Shown piece after piece: positions 25,126 to 37,705 of a stretch of DNA of 64,000 nucleotides. How positions within the stretch are numbered: position 1 is the stretch's first letter; each line of letters starts with the position of its first letter. The stretch is from Podospora anserina (taxonomy: Eukaryota), in NCBI GenBank assembly GCA_017654855.1, contig CM030336.1, positions 2,852,001 through 2,916,000 of the forward strand, given 5' to 3'. The notes under the pieces are model-generated. The model was not told the origin of the DNA. It did no database searches and saw nothing but the letters and a program-made list of their open reading frames with translations. Position numbers and translations under genes: made by a program.

Positions 25126-25869
25126 CGTGCAGACTTGACACAAGACAGCTATTTCCAATGATGGGATGGGTTGTGTTGCTTGTAGGTGATACGGGAACAG
25201 GTGCGCTTTGTCCGCAGGAGATTCTGTCTTTTAAAGAGCCCATGTCACTCTCACTATCATCCCCATCAAGCAAACCGGTTGCGTCGGAACTCAGTCCCTC
25301 GCGGCGCGAACCGGATGACAGTTCTCAGTCATTCCCAATGGAGAATTCCGCCATCATATCTGGGTCTCGATGTCTGACCGCTCGTATTGCTGGAGTCAGA
25401 TGCATCATCATTATATCACTGCTCCGACAACGTCTGATCTTGTTCAGGCATCATCGGTTTTGGGGTGTTGTTCAGGGGCCGATAACAGTTGCCGTAGGCT
25501 TCGAAAGAAATGATGAGGCGGGCGAGATTGTCATGAGTTTGGAGCTGTCACAATTGCTCCTCCTGTCTCGGAGGCGGTCAAGGTCGAAACTAGCATCTGC
25601 TGGCATATGGGTCCTGCCGGCGCATCAAGCGATGACGACACGCGGAACAGCCCGCTAGCCCACCCGCTTTGAGGGGAGTACGCCTGGGGGCCCAGGTGCA
25701 CCGATTGTTTCATATCATTCTCGAGAAGCCGCAGCGTTCCGGATGCTGTTTACTCGGAAGCGCGGATGCAGCTGTCTCGCTTGTTCGGTTTTGGAGTGGG
25801 CCCCGAAGCTGCCGCCACCGCGAAGGTCGAGGTCGGTGAGGAGTGAAAAAGGCACATTTGGTCTATCAT

Positions 25870-27182
25870 TCAATATGGATAAGCCCGAACCTCGTCTTCC
25901 CTGCTCAAGTCGAGCCCCCTATCCAACTGTTCTTGGTGCTTCTGATCCAGGTACTCCAGCAACACATCTTGATACTTGTCCTTACCCTTGTATCTGCTAA
26001 CATCATCACCCCAAGATCGTACTGCGCTCGCAAGTCGCCCTGGCACATAATCTTCCTCTGCGATCTCGGTGACCGGGTGAAAGTACGTTCTGATGGTAAA
26101 CACTACCCCTCCCGAGTTGGGCAATCTCCTCAGGGTTTGTCTCTCGGACCGGAAATAATGATGCTGGATCGCCCTATTCTTCTCGGCCGTAGCCCACGAC
26201 ACATTGGGTGCGTCCTCGAGTCCAATCGACCATGACCAACCCAGCTGGTCGTCCACCTGAAAGAAGTAATTGTTGCGAGCCACCATTTCTTGTGGCTTGA
26301 CACGTCGGAAGAAGTTCATCATGCCCTTTTCCAACTTCTCCTTGTACTGTGGAACATCCCCCGACTGTCTCTTTTGTTAGTTGTGTCTCTTTCTTCAACA
26401 CCCATCCCGACAAGACAGCTCGAACATACAGTGTGGATTTCGCTCAACCCCATCCCGAACTTGTCCTCCAGTCGCCAGAAGCCTGGCAGCAATGTCGCTC
26501 CAGCTAGGAGATAGTAATTCCCGTCCTCCCTCTCAATCATGATGGCCAGATCATCCTGCACAAGCCTGGCAGCCATCTGCATCGGGTCCTCGACCAGCAG
26601 ACCTTGCTCATCGCCCTGAAAGTCAAAGTCTTCCCCGCTCCAGCGATTTTTCACCCCCTTTTCTGTCTTTTGGTACAAGGATGGATACCGAGCCGGCAGG
26701 TACTCCCGAAACTCCTGCAGCAACTCCATCGCGGCAGGGTAGGCCTCGGGGTGCGTCTTGCACGACTTGTCTCCCCTGAGGGCGATGCGCTTTTGCTTCT
26801 CGGCGTGGTACTTGGGAAACTGGTTGTCGAGCTCAATCCAGTCCTCGTATTGGGCTTTGCGTAGTCCCATGGTAACGTGATAGACCGGGCCGTAACGGAA
26901 GGGTCGGTAAGGGAGAGGCTTGGTGGTTTCGATGGACCAGTCGGGATATGGCTCGGGCGTTGGAAAGCGAAAGGAGGAGGGGACCCAGTGGCCCCATTGT
27001 CGTTCGGGTGACTTTTCGAGGGTGGGGGTGGATGCTCGGGGAGGGAGGCCGTCTTGTCGTCGGCGGAGGCGCCAGAGCTGGAAGAGCTTTGTCCATATTA
27101 AAAAGCTTACAAGAGTGAGAACAAAATGGATCAGAGAAGGGCCCTCGGAAAGGCGATATGTGAGCGCATCGTAAAACCCCAT
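25870..27182 (-). CDS. DUF3445 / heme-dependent oxidative N-demethylase alpha-subunit-like protein with N-terminal hydrophobic anchor; 2 exons
   Basis: YRPFRYGP, VTMGL...WIELD, LVQDDLAIM, PGFWRLEDKFGMGLSEIHT, RNNYFFQVDD, FRSERQTLRRLPNSGGVVFTIRTY. Confidence 0.9.
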
Positions 27183-27693
27183 GTTGGCAAAGAGGTTGCG
27201 ACAATGCGCAGCACAACGGTGACACAGAACAATCCCGCCTCAACAGGCTTGCTGGGAGCTGGGTAGGCAGCAGGAGATATATCTGCCATCACATCCCTCG
27301 CTGGCTGCCTTATCACTTACACCTGCGCGCGCAACTGTTGGTGGCGTACCCCTCTCAAGCTCTTATCAGTGACGCAGCTCTTATCAGGACTTTATCTCCC
27401 CATTGGGTAAAAGTGTGCATTCAGCACCCAGCCGATAGGAATGCCCGGTATCACCAATCATTATCGATGGGGCACGCATTATCATTGTTGTGCAAATATT
27501 GAATAAGAAGTCCTTGATCTGGACTCAGCATGACTGCGAACAACACCGTGGTGCGGAGCTGGTTCGGCATGCCGGGGTCAGACAAATCGCCAAGCTGAGA
27601 GCGACAACGACCAAGTGGAACCTCAAGATGTCTATTTGGACGACATCCCTTGATTACCCAGGTACCTATCAAAAGTTTCTAATCATCCCACGT

Positions 27694-28441
27694 TCATATC
27701 TTCCTCTCCTCTGCACTGGGGAACTTCTTGAACATGTCCATCAACTTGTCAATCGGCGCAGCCATCAACCCTGCCACTGTCTCGTATGGCGGCCTATCAG
27801 GTGCTCCAGGGTGCGATTGTGTCGGCACAAAATGCTTTGTCCTGTCAAAACTGGCCGCCATCTTTTGGGAGTCGCCCTCCTCGATGTGCTTCTCCAACAG
27901 TGGCAAGTCATCCTGTTCCTCTTCCTTGATGTGCTGTCCCAAGGTTTCCCAGAGCGAGTCAATAGCTGGAATAAAGCTGGGGTCCGAGGCTTCCATTTGC
28001 TGAAACTCATAGAGCTTCTCCTTTACCTGTGGAGTTCTTAGCATAGATGAACGTGTATCTAGGCGAGAATAGGCGGCTTACTATCTGATGCTCGCTTCTA
28101 TCCTTCTCTGCCAGCTTGAGTCCGTCAGGCACATGTTATTCCATGGCTGGGTAGACAACGAGCTCTTCCGCGATCGAGTGTCGGGCCAACTCCCAGACGA
28201 ACTGATTTTGCCAACGGACCTTCTCATCGTCCGACTTGGCAGACTTGATCTTGTTGTAGTAGGTCTCTAGCTCGCGGTGGTCGTGCTTAATGCGGTCAGA
28301 GACTCTGTTTCCTGCGACGGTGGCCATTCTGGCGACGGAGATGAAGGATGGTCTTTGGCTGGAAGATGGAAGCGAGAACACTGCCCTGGTAGATTGTTTA
28401 GATAGAAGAGTGGTCGGTGGTCTGATGCACTGGTTGAACAT
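27694..28441 (-). pseudogene. Hemerythrin (HHE) domain protein gene with an in-frame TAA at 28136-28138
   Basis: IKHDHRELE, WELARHSIAEELVVYPAME*HVPDG...DRSEHQI, intron 28027-28081, VKEKL...HIKEEEQDDLP...FVPTQSHP. A single stop interrupts an otherwise intact frame. Confidence 0.8.
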
Positions 28442-30053
28442 GGTGAAGAAAGTATTAGCGTTGTGTTGAGATGCTGTGCAATGACGGAGTTGGGAAGACA
28501 GTCAAGTAGGTAAGACAGGTAGGTATGCGATGGTAAGTTATTAACTGGCTTCGTTGTGGTAAAAGCTATCTTTCTTATGCCTGTGCTACCTTACCCGGCG
28601 GATCATTCAATGACGCCTTGATGATGAATGATGGCGGCCATTTCTTTCATGAAGCGACGTCTAGGTGAGCCTTGATTCCCATAATTGCTGGGAACCAATC
28701 AAACAGGAATAGCAATACCGTCATAGATTGCAAATTAGCTCTCTTTGAGTGGTCAACTGAGCTCGGAAATCGTATGCGATGTAAATCAATTGTTGAGGAT
28801 CTAGAAGCTGTCAATCATTGATCGCTGATGCCTTGGCGTCCTAGTCAATGACCTCATCACGCTGTGTTGCCCTCGCATACGCAATCACCGACAGCTACGT
28901 ATCTACTGAGATGGAACCATAAACTTCCATACATCATCAACATCGCGGCCCTTTGTCAATTTCCTCAAACATCCAACTCAATGCCCACCTCGGACGGCAG
29001 TCCCAAGGCACCCTCGCCGTCCTCAGAATATCTCGCATCACGCCGGGTCCAATATCCCGCAGGCTTTGTATCTCTTCGGAAACATTGTGAGCAGTTATGG
29101 CCAGGAAATGAACAGTATAGGCGGTCCAGTGGTGAAGAGGCTCGAGTTCCGAAACCTATAGCTGACCTGGTCATCTGCTGAGAGGCTTGTGGTGAACTTC
29201 CAGGTTGTCGAAATATGGGAAAGTGTTGGATGCTGTGGGAAGCGAGGGTGGATCTGATCAATCAAAACGGTTGAACTCCACCAATCAGGAGGGGGTCGGT
29301 TGCTTGCAGCGCAGGCAGCTGGTTTGAGACCTTGTATATCCCAGCTCGAGGCGTGCCATGCTGGCGTCGCTGGCACGCTGGGAGAGGGCGGTCAAACCTT
29401 CGAAACGCCCGGTTCAGATTGGGTGGGACAGGGACGAGAGCGGAGCCGGGACTCGACGTTAAAATAAAGATAGGAAAACAGCGAGGCCTGGCATAGCGTT
29501 CAAAAAACGGCAGCGCCATCGGCGCGGGGGCCAAACTTGGCGTCGCGGGTGGCACGGAAAGATCGCGGAAGCTTGGACCACAAGACAACTTGCATCGATT
29601 TCGGCCCAGGCTCGAGTTCGGCTTCTTATTCGGGTCGGCCTGTGATTTGTCGGCCCTCTATCCGCGTATCCAAACATCACCACTTCCAACGGCCTCAGGT
29701 CGCAGACGGATAAATACCACTGGCACTGCAGGCCTTGCACCGCATGCAAACCAGGCGGGTGCTACCGTGCCATTGACCACAGGTTCTCTGTTATGGGATG
29801 ATAAACGTGCACCAACGCAGTTTCCCGCAGTGCCCGCCTGCTGCCCGGCGCTCCTGCTGGTTCAGATGAGCCGGCTGGCAGGCTGGCAGTGATCGGCACG
29901 GCAAATTGCCCACCCGCAAGGAATTCCACATGGAATCTGGAAGGAGCCATGGGGGGGGCAAGTGAATCGTGAGCAACCTACCTATTTATCAGCCATAGTT
30001 CCCACCTGCAGTTTACCGTCTCTCCCCCACAGTACTTGCTTCCAACAGCAAAC

Positions 30054-31770
30054 ATGGCACAGACCGGGACGCTGCTGCAGACATTGGCGGCCAAGCTGCC
30101 ACTTCTGCTATCCACGGCTGGGCTGCTTGTGGCTGTTTTTCTGGCCCAGGTGCTCCTCAAAGGGAACCCACTCGCAAATCTCCCTGTCGCCCTGGATGAT
30201 CTTCCCAGCGATGAAAAACGACGACAGGCCTTTTTGACGCGGGCCAAGGATGTTTACGCTACCGGGTACAAGAAGGTAGGATACTGCCAGCGAACGACAG
30301 GTAACATGGCACCGCAATGCTGACACACGCCTAGTTCAAAGACAGAGTCTTCCGAATCATCACGTCGAACAAGTACCATGTCATCATTGTGCCCCCAAAG
30401 TATCTCAATGAGCTCAAGAGTCTTCCCGACGACACAGTCAGCTTTGACGGCGCCATTGAGCAGACCATGCACGCCAAATACACCAAGCTCGAAGTCGGCC
30501 ACAAGCTCATTCCTCACATCGTCAAGAGCAACTTGACGCCCTCGCTGGTGCGACTAAACCCCACCATTGCCGAAGAAGTCCAAGAATCTTTCCGTCGGGA
30601 GATGCCCGAATGCGACGACTGGACTCCTGTCAACATCAACTACAAGCTTCTCCGTATCGTTGCCATGGTGTCAGGCCGCGTCTTTATCGGCCCGGAACTG
30701 AGCCGTTCAGAGGAATATGTCGATGCAGCTATCAACTACACCATTGACCTCATGCACGCTCGCCAGGCTGTGGACACCATGCGCCCGTGGCTCCGCCCTT
30801 TTCTTGCAAATCGTCTTCCCGAGATCAGGAAGTTGAACGAGCGCCTTGCTCAAGCCGATGCCTTCATTAGACCCATTGTCGCCCATCGCAAAAAGCTCCC
30901 AAAGGAGCAGGCCCCTGATGACATGCTGCAGTGGATGCTCGATGGCCAGTCTGAGAAGTTTGGCGGTGAATACAAGACCGAGACCCTTGCCAGAATGCAG
31001 CTGGGCATTAGCTTTGCTGCAATTCACACCACCACCATGACCACCACCAACGTGTAGGTTCTTTGGTTTGTCTGACAAGTAAAAGTTGTTTTTCGCTGAC
31101 AGCTCCATCACAGCTTTTACAACATGGCCGCCTACCCCCAATATGTCTCTGTGCTACGTGATGAAGTCCGAGAGGTCCTCGCACAGAACAATAACACGTT
31201 CACGTCGGCTGCTCTTCAAGGCATGAAGAGGCTGGATTCTTTCATCAAGGAAACCATGCGAATCGACCCCGCCGGTTTTGCGGGGTTCCAACGTCGCGTA
31301 TACAAGCCCTTTACCCTCTCCAACGGCCAAGTGATCCCCGCCGACGTTATAATCGAGGTGCCGGCCCACGCCCTTGCGAAGGACCCCGACGTATTTGAAA
31401 GCCCAGACCAGTTCAACCCTTGGCGGTTTTACGACATTCGACAGAAGGCCAGGGAGCAGGGCGCAGTCGAGGAGGCTGCTCAGAACCAGTTCGTCAGCGT
31501 CAACCCATTGGTATTGACGTTTGGGTACGGAAGACACGCCTGCCCAGGCCGGTTCTTCGCCGCAAACGAAATCAAAATGATTATCGCCAACACCATCTTG
31601 ATGTACGATATGAAGCTGATGGACGGGCACACCCAGCGGTACCCCAATCTTGAATTTGGACTTTCGGTGAGTAGCCCATTCCGTTTCAAACAAGCACTGA
31701 TACTGACCCGATGCAGTCTGTTCCTGATCCCACCAAGGAGCTTCTTTTCAAGCGAATCGAGATTGCTTAG
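30054..31770 (+). CDS. Cytochrome P450 (ent-kaurene oxidase-like secondary-metabolism clade); 4 exons
   Basis: N-terminal TM anchor; FAAIHTT I-helix; LDSFIKETMR (ExxR); FNPWRF; FGYGRHACPGRFFA heme motif; introns near 30276-30333, 31053-31113 and 31667-31716. Confidence 0.95.
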
Positions 31771-32292
31771 ACGTGAGCAGAAGCACACACCCATAGCACG
31801 TGTTTTGGGGAAGCATCAGCAGCTACTAGGTAGTAGAAACAAATTAACTGATGCAAGAATCACTCCACAGTTACTTTGGGTAATGAAATTTACAGTCGAT
31901 GGCCTCCAGATCCAGGGGCCAGAGTACCGGGAGCCAATATTTTGAACACATGACTATGAGCCTTGCCATATCTAGCCCATCAACTCGTCTATGGTGAAAT
32001 TGTGGCGCCCTGGGCCAAAATTATGAGTTCGAACCAGAACTGTCTAGTTTGTGTGGCGTATTACCACACGAAAAAAGGTCGGCTTGGCCATGCCATGTAG
32101 ATGCGTATGGACCACCAAGCTGTCTTGCGGCCCATGTCACACGTCAACTCCAGCCCTTGTAACACACCAATCCTCCCTGGGTAAATGCCAATGAACGCCA
32201 TTCTATAGATGCTACGAGGCACTGTCAGATGCTATACCTGGAGGGGGCCCGTACTCTACCCGATTGCTTTTTCCACTCACTTTGTAATGTTG

Positions 32293-32734
32293 TGTCACAG
32301 TTAACCCAACGGCAGGTCGCGCCACATGTGGGGCGCAGGTCGCCCCTAGCCAATCATTAAGGAAGCCAGGGAACAAGCCAATCAGGCCAGGACAAAAGTG
32401 CTATGGCGCCAAGGCTCACGAGCAGTCTGCAGGATGCAAGATGCTAAGGGTGATCAGAGGCATAGCACGACGAGCACGTTGCAGGATGCAATGTGCTAGG
32501 GGTGATCGGGGCCATAGCAGGGTGAGCACCTCACGGTCCCAAGGTCTATATATACGGAGGAACTGGCTGGTGTAGATAGACAGTTCCGCAGTATGCAATT
32601 CAGCTTGTATTCACGGTATCTAGTGTTTACATTGAGACATCTTGTTGTGCACTGTTTAGCTGCACCGAACCAATTGTCAGAAGTTACCTTCAACCAGTAT
32701 CCCTTTCAGAGGTTCTGTACAGGGGTTCGTCACA
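32293..32734 (+). mobile_element. Solo LTR (442 bp, TG...CA) with 5-bp TSD TGTTG; crapaud-like Ty3/gypsy LTR; little RIP
   Basis: TGTTG|TGTCACAG...TTCGTCACA|TGTTG; internal TATATATA near 32547; 3' half homologous to two nearby RIPped copies. Confidence 0.9.
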
Positions 32735-33674
32735 TGTTGGCCATTCTTCCAAGACACTTTTTAGTCTTTATCTGCCTAATGCCCCCTGCAAAGGCAAACA
32801 TGTTGCAGGTTTCTAAGCAACCCGTCTTTCCAGAGCAGACGGGCCACGGCTCTCTGCTGGCCCCGTGTTCTTCCCGGTCAAGGGAAATGTATTGCCGCTT
32901 TTGGACTTGGGTGGGGTGTGTAGTGAGGAGCAACACTGCCTCTTCCACCCTACCCCCCTATCAATTTCAGCTTGGAAAAAATGTGTTTAATTTCGAAATG
33001 TCCAAATTAACCAGCTTAAATTCGAATACCGAATTTGCAAGTCAAGGTAAGGCCTAGCTGAATCGTTATGTAAACCAACATACTGCTTGTCTTAACGACA
33101 GTTCCATTTTATATTTACATACCTACCTAAGCTTCTTTATTACTTCCTATCAACAAATTAGCACTTATGGCGTCATACCTTCCTAGTTCCTTAGTATTAG
33201 CTACCGCTTTAGTAGGCTTAGTTACTGTAGTTAAATTATTATGGGAGCTGTCTCGTATAATAAAAAAAAATACGAGTAGTGTATATTGAATAATTATACT
33301 AATGAAATTAATACTAGGCTGCGTAGAGCTTTGCGAGATAACAGAATTTTTTACTAAAGCTATAACTTCTGGAAGAAAAAAATCTTAATTGCCGTCTAGG
33401 AATAGGACCGTATATTAATACCTAGGAGATGAAGTCCAAATCCCATCTACTTACTATAGTATTTAAGTGCCGCCCTCCTTAATATAAAGTTTTACTTATA
33501 CTAAGATTAATTAAATAACCTAAAGCTTTATTTTAAGTAAATATAGAATAGTCTTAATTATTTACCTATATTAAATATAACTTATATATTTAGCTCGATC
33601 TCTAAAAAGTTTTTTATATACTTCCCTAGTAAAAGAACTTAACCCTAAGAAATTTCCGTTTTTTCACGCTTACG

Positions 33675-34046
33675 TATAACGAACCCCTATCCAGAACCTC
33701 TAAAAGGGATATTAGTTAAAGGTAACTTCTAAATAATCCTGGTTCGGTATAGCTAAATAGTGCACAATAAGATATCTCGATATAAACACAAGATACCGTA
33801 AATATAAACTTAAATTATATATTACGAAACTATCTATGTACACTAGCCAATTCCTCCGTATATATAGACCGGTTTATTACCATTATTATTAATAATAATA
33901 TCGATTATTACTTATCGTTTATCAAAAGTTAATAATAATCGTAATTATTACGCTTAGTACTAATAATAATCCGACTTCCCTACTTTTCCGTTCCAGTGGT
34001 TAGACGGTCGCGCCCCGCGCTCCTCACTTATGTCACGTCCGTGACA
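33675..34046 (-). mobile_element. RIP-mutated LTR, same family as 32293-32734, inverted
   Basis: TATAACGAACCCCTAT...TTCCTCCGTATATATAGACC is the reverse complement of the solo LTR 3' half with C>T/G>A changes; ends GTGACA (TGTCAC on -); no matching TSD seen. Confidence 0.8.
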
Positions 34047-34285
34047 CAACCCTGTATAGGTTCTATATTATAGGCCTATCAGGGCTCACCAGCTAACAAT
34101 ATTATATCGTTAATAATTCTAAAGGGTTTTAAAGCTTACTTAAGGATACTTTATTAGTCGAAAAAGCTTATAAAAGATAAGAAATCTACTATAGATGCCC
34201 GCTTAAAGCAGATATAGTTAAAGAATATTTATTATATTGTAAAAACCGTTTTTAACGCGCCTATATACCGCCGTAAATCACCGCC

Positions 34286-34700
34286 TATAACGATCCCCTA
34301 TTTAGAACCTCTAAAAGGGATACCGGTTAAAGGCAAGCTTTTAGATATTAGATCGGTATAATTAAACCGTATATAATAAAAAAATTTAATATAAATACTA
34401 AATACCGTAAATATAAACTATAATTATATATTACGGAACTATTTACGAGCCGTTCAATTCCTCCGTATATATAAACCGTAAATCCCTAAGTACCTTTATA
34501 CCTAGCTTACTCCCGCTTACCAGTGATCCGTAGTAATCCTCTAACGCTTATTACACTTACCTTGTAAGCGTGGTGATCCGGCTTACCTTTACTAAATAGT
34601 AAGCTATATCCTACCCTGCTATCTTATTTCTTACCTCCAATTAGTAAACGTAATTAACTACAGTCTTCTCCTGGCCTTACTATATAGTTGGTTCGTAATA
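34286..34700 (-). mobile_element. RIP-mutated LTR, same family, inverted
   Basis: TATAACGATCCCCTAT...TTCCTCCGTATATATAAACC homologous to the shared 3' half; putative end TTCGTAATA (RIPped TTCGTGACA); far boundary inferred. Confidence 0.72.
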
Positions 34701-37700
34701 CGATAGTATATAGATAATTATAATTTTGGCTTTAAAAATCGGAATAGTAAATATTAAAATATATAAAAAGTTATGCTTTATAATTATTCCGCCGGAGAGC
34801 CTGAAAATACGAGCTTAATGTACCGAAGTACCTATATTTTTTATTACCCGTTTTATTTTTAATTTTTGTTTTCTGTCGGCGCTTACATGCTTTAGGTTCA
34901 TTAGAAGACTGAGGGGTGTGAATGTAGAAGATACGGAGAGAAATCTTCCTCAGTTTTTGGCAGTATATCTTCCGAAATCTACATCGGATTTCCCTGGAAA
35001 TGACAGTCTGGATGTTCTGCACAGGATATATGTCTTGGCTGCCTTCTTGTCTTGTAGCTCTCTCTGTTTGTGGACCCTTGAAATTTTTGCCACTTTTTCC
35101 GTCTTGTCACATTGTCTACCTCTGAAAACATATCTTCCGTATATGTTTTCAAACACTGATAGACATCTAAACCTTACGCACGTTGGGCATGACCCGAAAG
35201 ATACGAAGTGCAGGTCTTTCATTTTACACTGGCTTCACTAAGGTAGCTTACCCAGTACCCAAACCTCTCGCTTCTCATCCTTGGGGTCCTCTAAACAGTT
35301 GCGTAACCGTACGTCTAGTCTCCCATACGCAAAGCAGAGATACATGAATCGTAGGTTTCCAGGGCCCCAACCCAACCACAAGATCAGACTCGACGAGACG
35401 CGGGGCATGATTTGATCCTGTTCTTCTTATCCGAACCCTCAAGATTGCTTCTGCTCCAAGGATACTGTTCCGCTCCCAACTGAACTCCCTCTTTTTGGCT
35501 ACCTGCAAAGGCTCTCTGTACCTATCTAGATGCCTTGCTCCTCGTTGCGCAAGTATATATGTGCAGCTCCTCCTGAGTCGCGGTGGCCGGCATCGTAGCT
35601 GTTTCCCTTTGACATCTAGACGCTGAGAGGCAGATCAGCTGCATGGCGGCAACGTCGGTCTCGGCTCCTGGTTGCTGCTTCGGGGCTTGCGCAAAACATC
35701 GCTGTCCGATATCTCGAGCAAGCCCTTTCGCTTGGACTTGATACCGTCGGCTATTCTAACACACTCATAAAGAGAATTCCGACACGAAACAAGCCCCCTT
35801 CAGCCTGGTTCAGTGAGTCATCAACCTGTCAAGATCGCTGAAACAATGTCCAGTGTTGTTCCCATGGGCCGAGTCGCTACCAGTAAGGCGTCTCCTTGTA
35901 CCCAGCTAAAGAAGCTTTGATACCGAATTTCCCAGACTGTGTTGCCCAATCGTGCAGCAGGTCAAGCAGATCGGAATCCCTTCGAAAGCTTGCGTGTTTT
36001 TTTTCTGTCATCTCGATCGCCAAGTTCACTCTCGATGTGGAAGCCAATGTTCTTGTGATGCTTGATAAGCCTTGGCACCATGCCACCCATGCATCTTCAC
36101 TCAAATGATCAACTTCCAAGCATCGCAGCCAAGCCTTGCGACAGGAGACTTTTGTTTGCATCATTGAGATTCCCGATAGCAAACACGCCCAGCAGCTTCT
36201 AGAAAAGGAAAAGAAAAACAAGGATATCACGTCGTTGGGCTTTAACACCAAGACGGAAAAGAGTACCGATCGCCTGACAAGCCAAAAACAAGGAACTGGA
36301 AGCAACCGAATCCAAAAGCTCCTGTGCTGGTGCTCTTGGCCCCCAAGCCTTGGAACTCTTGGAAGATGGAACAACCAAGAAGCTGATGCTCCTCCCAGAA
36401 CCACTTTGCCAATCCTGCCAAGAGGCGACAAGAAATTTTCCTCATGATAACATCAGACCTGAACCCTTGAGCTGGGATTCTTTTGCGGCCAAGAAGGAGC
36501 AAAAATGGGCATCTGTTGCTTAAAAAAGACACGCATCGCGATGATCCGAGAATCCAGTGCTCAAAATGATCCAGAACCAGACAATTGCACCCGTGAAGAT
36601 GGCAGAGTTGTTTGACAGCCCTGTGGAAAGGCCGAAGATCCGGCATTGTGTTTTGCCGAGAAAAGTGGACCCGGGTTGAAATAGGGGCCCCCTTGCTGGC
36701 CACTGTGTCCCCCCACGCAACTGTAAACAAACTGGCACTACTGTGAAAGTCTCGTGAGCGCTACTCCAGCTACTAGTTCATCATGTGCAATTGCCAGCAA
36801 CCTCTTACCACTTCGCTCGCGTGCTGCCGCGCTCTAATCAGCAGAGGCTCTCTTGATCTCGACAGCCCAAAGAACAACATCCAACGACAGGATCACCAAC
36901 AGCCAAGACACTCGGCACAGAAATCTGGATGTTGCAGTTCTCCAGCCAAGCCAGCCAAGTGTAGCCAAGCAGAGGCCGAGACTTGGTGAGACGACTGCAC
37001 ACCAATGGGTTCTTGCTACCAAGACTGATCAGACACGAATCCATCTTCTTATCTCGCCTTCTTTCCCCCCAGGTGAGAGCTCTTTGCCCTCGCTGGGGCT
37101 GTCACTCTTTTGGTCATTGTCGTTCTCAGATACCACGGGGTTACTCCAGGGACGCGAAGGAAACGATGGTTCCTACGATCCAACTTCATTTGCGGCAGGC
37201 CGATGTTTTACTCCCAGGAAGACATACCAGAACCAAGGCTCTTGGCCTACGCATCAAGACCCTTCCTCAAGGGGAGATGGGTATGCGAGGAGCCCCCGCG
37301 ACCCGCACAAAATGCCGCCGAGTGTCTCCCCATTTCCCGCCGGTAATGGAGTGATTTTCCATTTCTCTCTTCTTTCATTCTTTGAACAAGTGTTGGAGGA
37401 TATCCCGGGTAAATTGTGAAGCGCAAGTGGGATGATGACACAGCTGGCCTGCGTCTGGGATAGCAAGCTTAACGGTTGCTAGTCGATCCATTTGCGCTAT
37501 TTCGCTTCCTGCTTGGGTGCCTTTTTTCATAATCTCTTATTTTATCTCTTGGTCCTCCTTCCCCTTCCCTCGCCCTCTTTCCTCTCCTCAAGCATCAACA
37601 GTATCAACAACTCGAACTTGCTGGCCAAGCAACGCGACTTCAACATACACCCCCCTCCCCTCCCACAAGGCTTCGGTGCCGCCTAGGCATCCCGTCTTGC

Positions 37701-37705
37701 TCATC

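Larger units (their letters stand above)
33167..36700 (+). pseudogene. Possible relic gene (STAND/ankyrin-type N-terminal helical domain, ankyrin-like remnants) disrupted by LTR insertions and RIP
   Basis: ATG 33167 MASYLPSSLVLATALVGLVTVVKLLWELSRII resembles fungal N-terminal helical domains; downstream ankyrin-like fragment SLFLATCKGSL...VQLLLSRGG near 35.5 kb; many stops. Confidence 0.3.

Noticed and set aside
32718-34056. Apparent TIR pair (TACAGGGGTTCGTCAC ... GTGACACAACCCTGTA) suggesting a DNA transposon
   Set aside because: The left motif is the 3' end of a solo LTR with its own perfect TSD, and the right motif overlaps the start of another LTR; the LTR explanation is more complete
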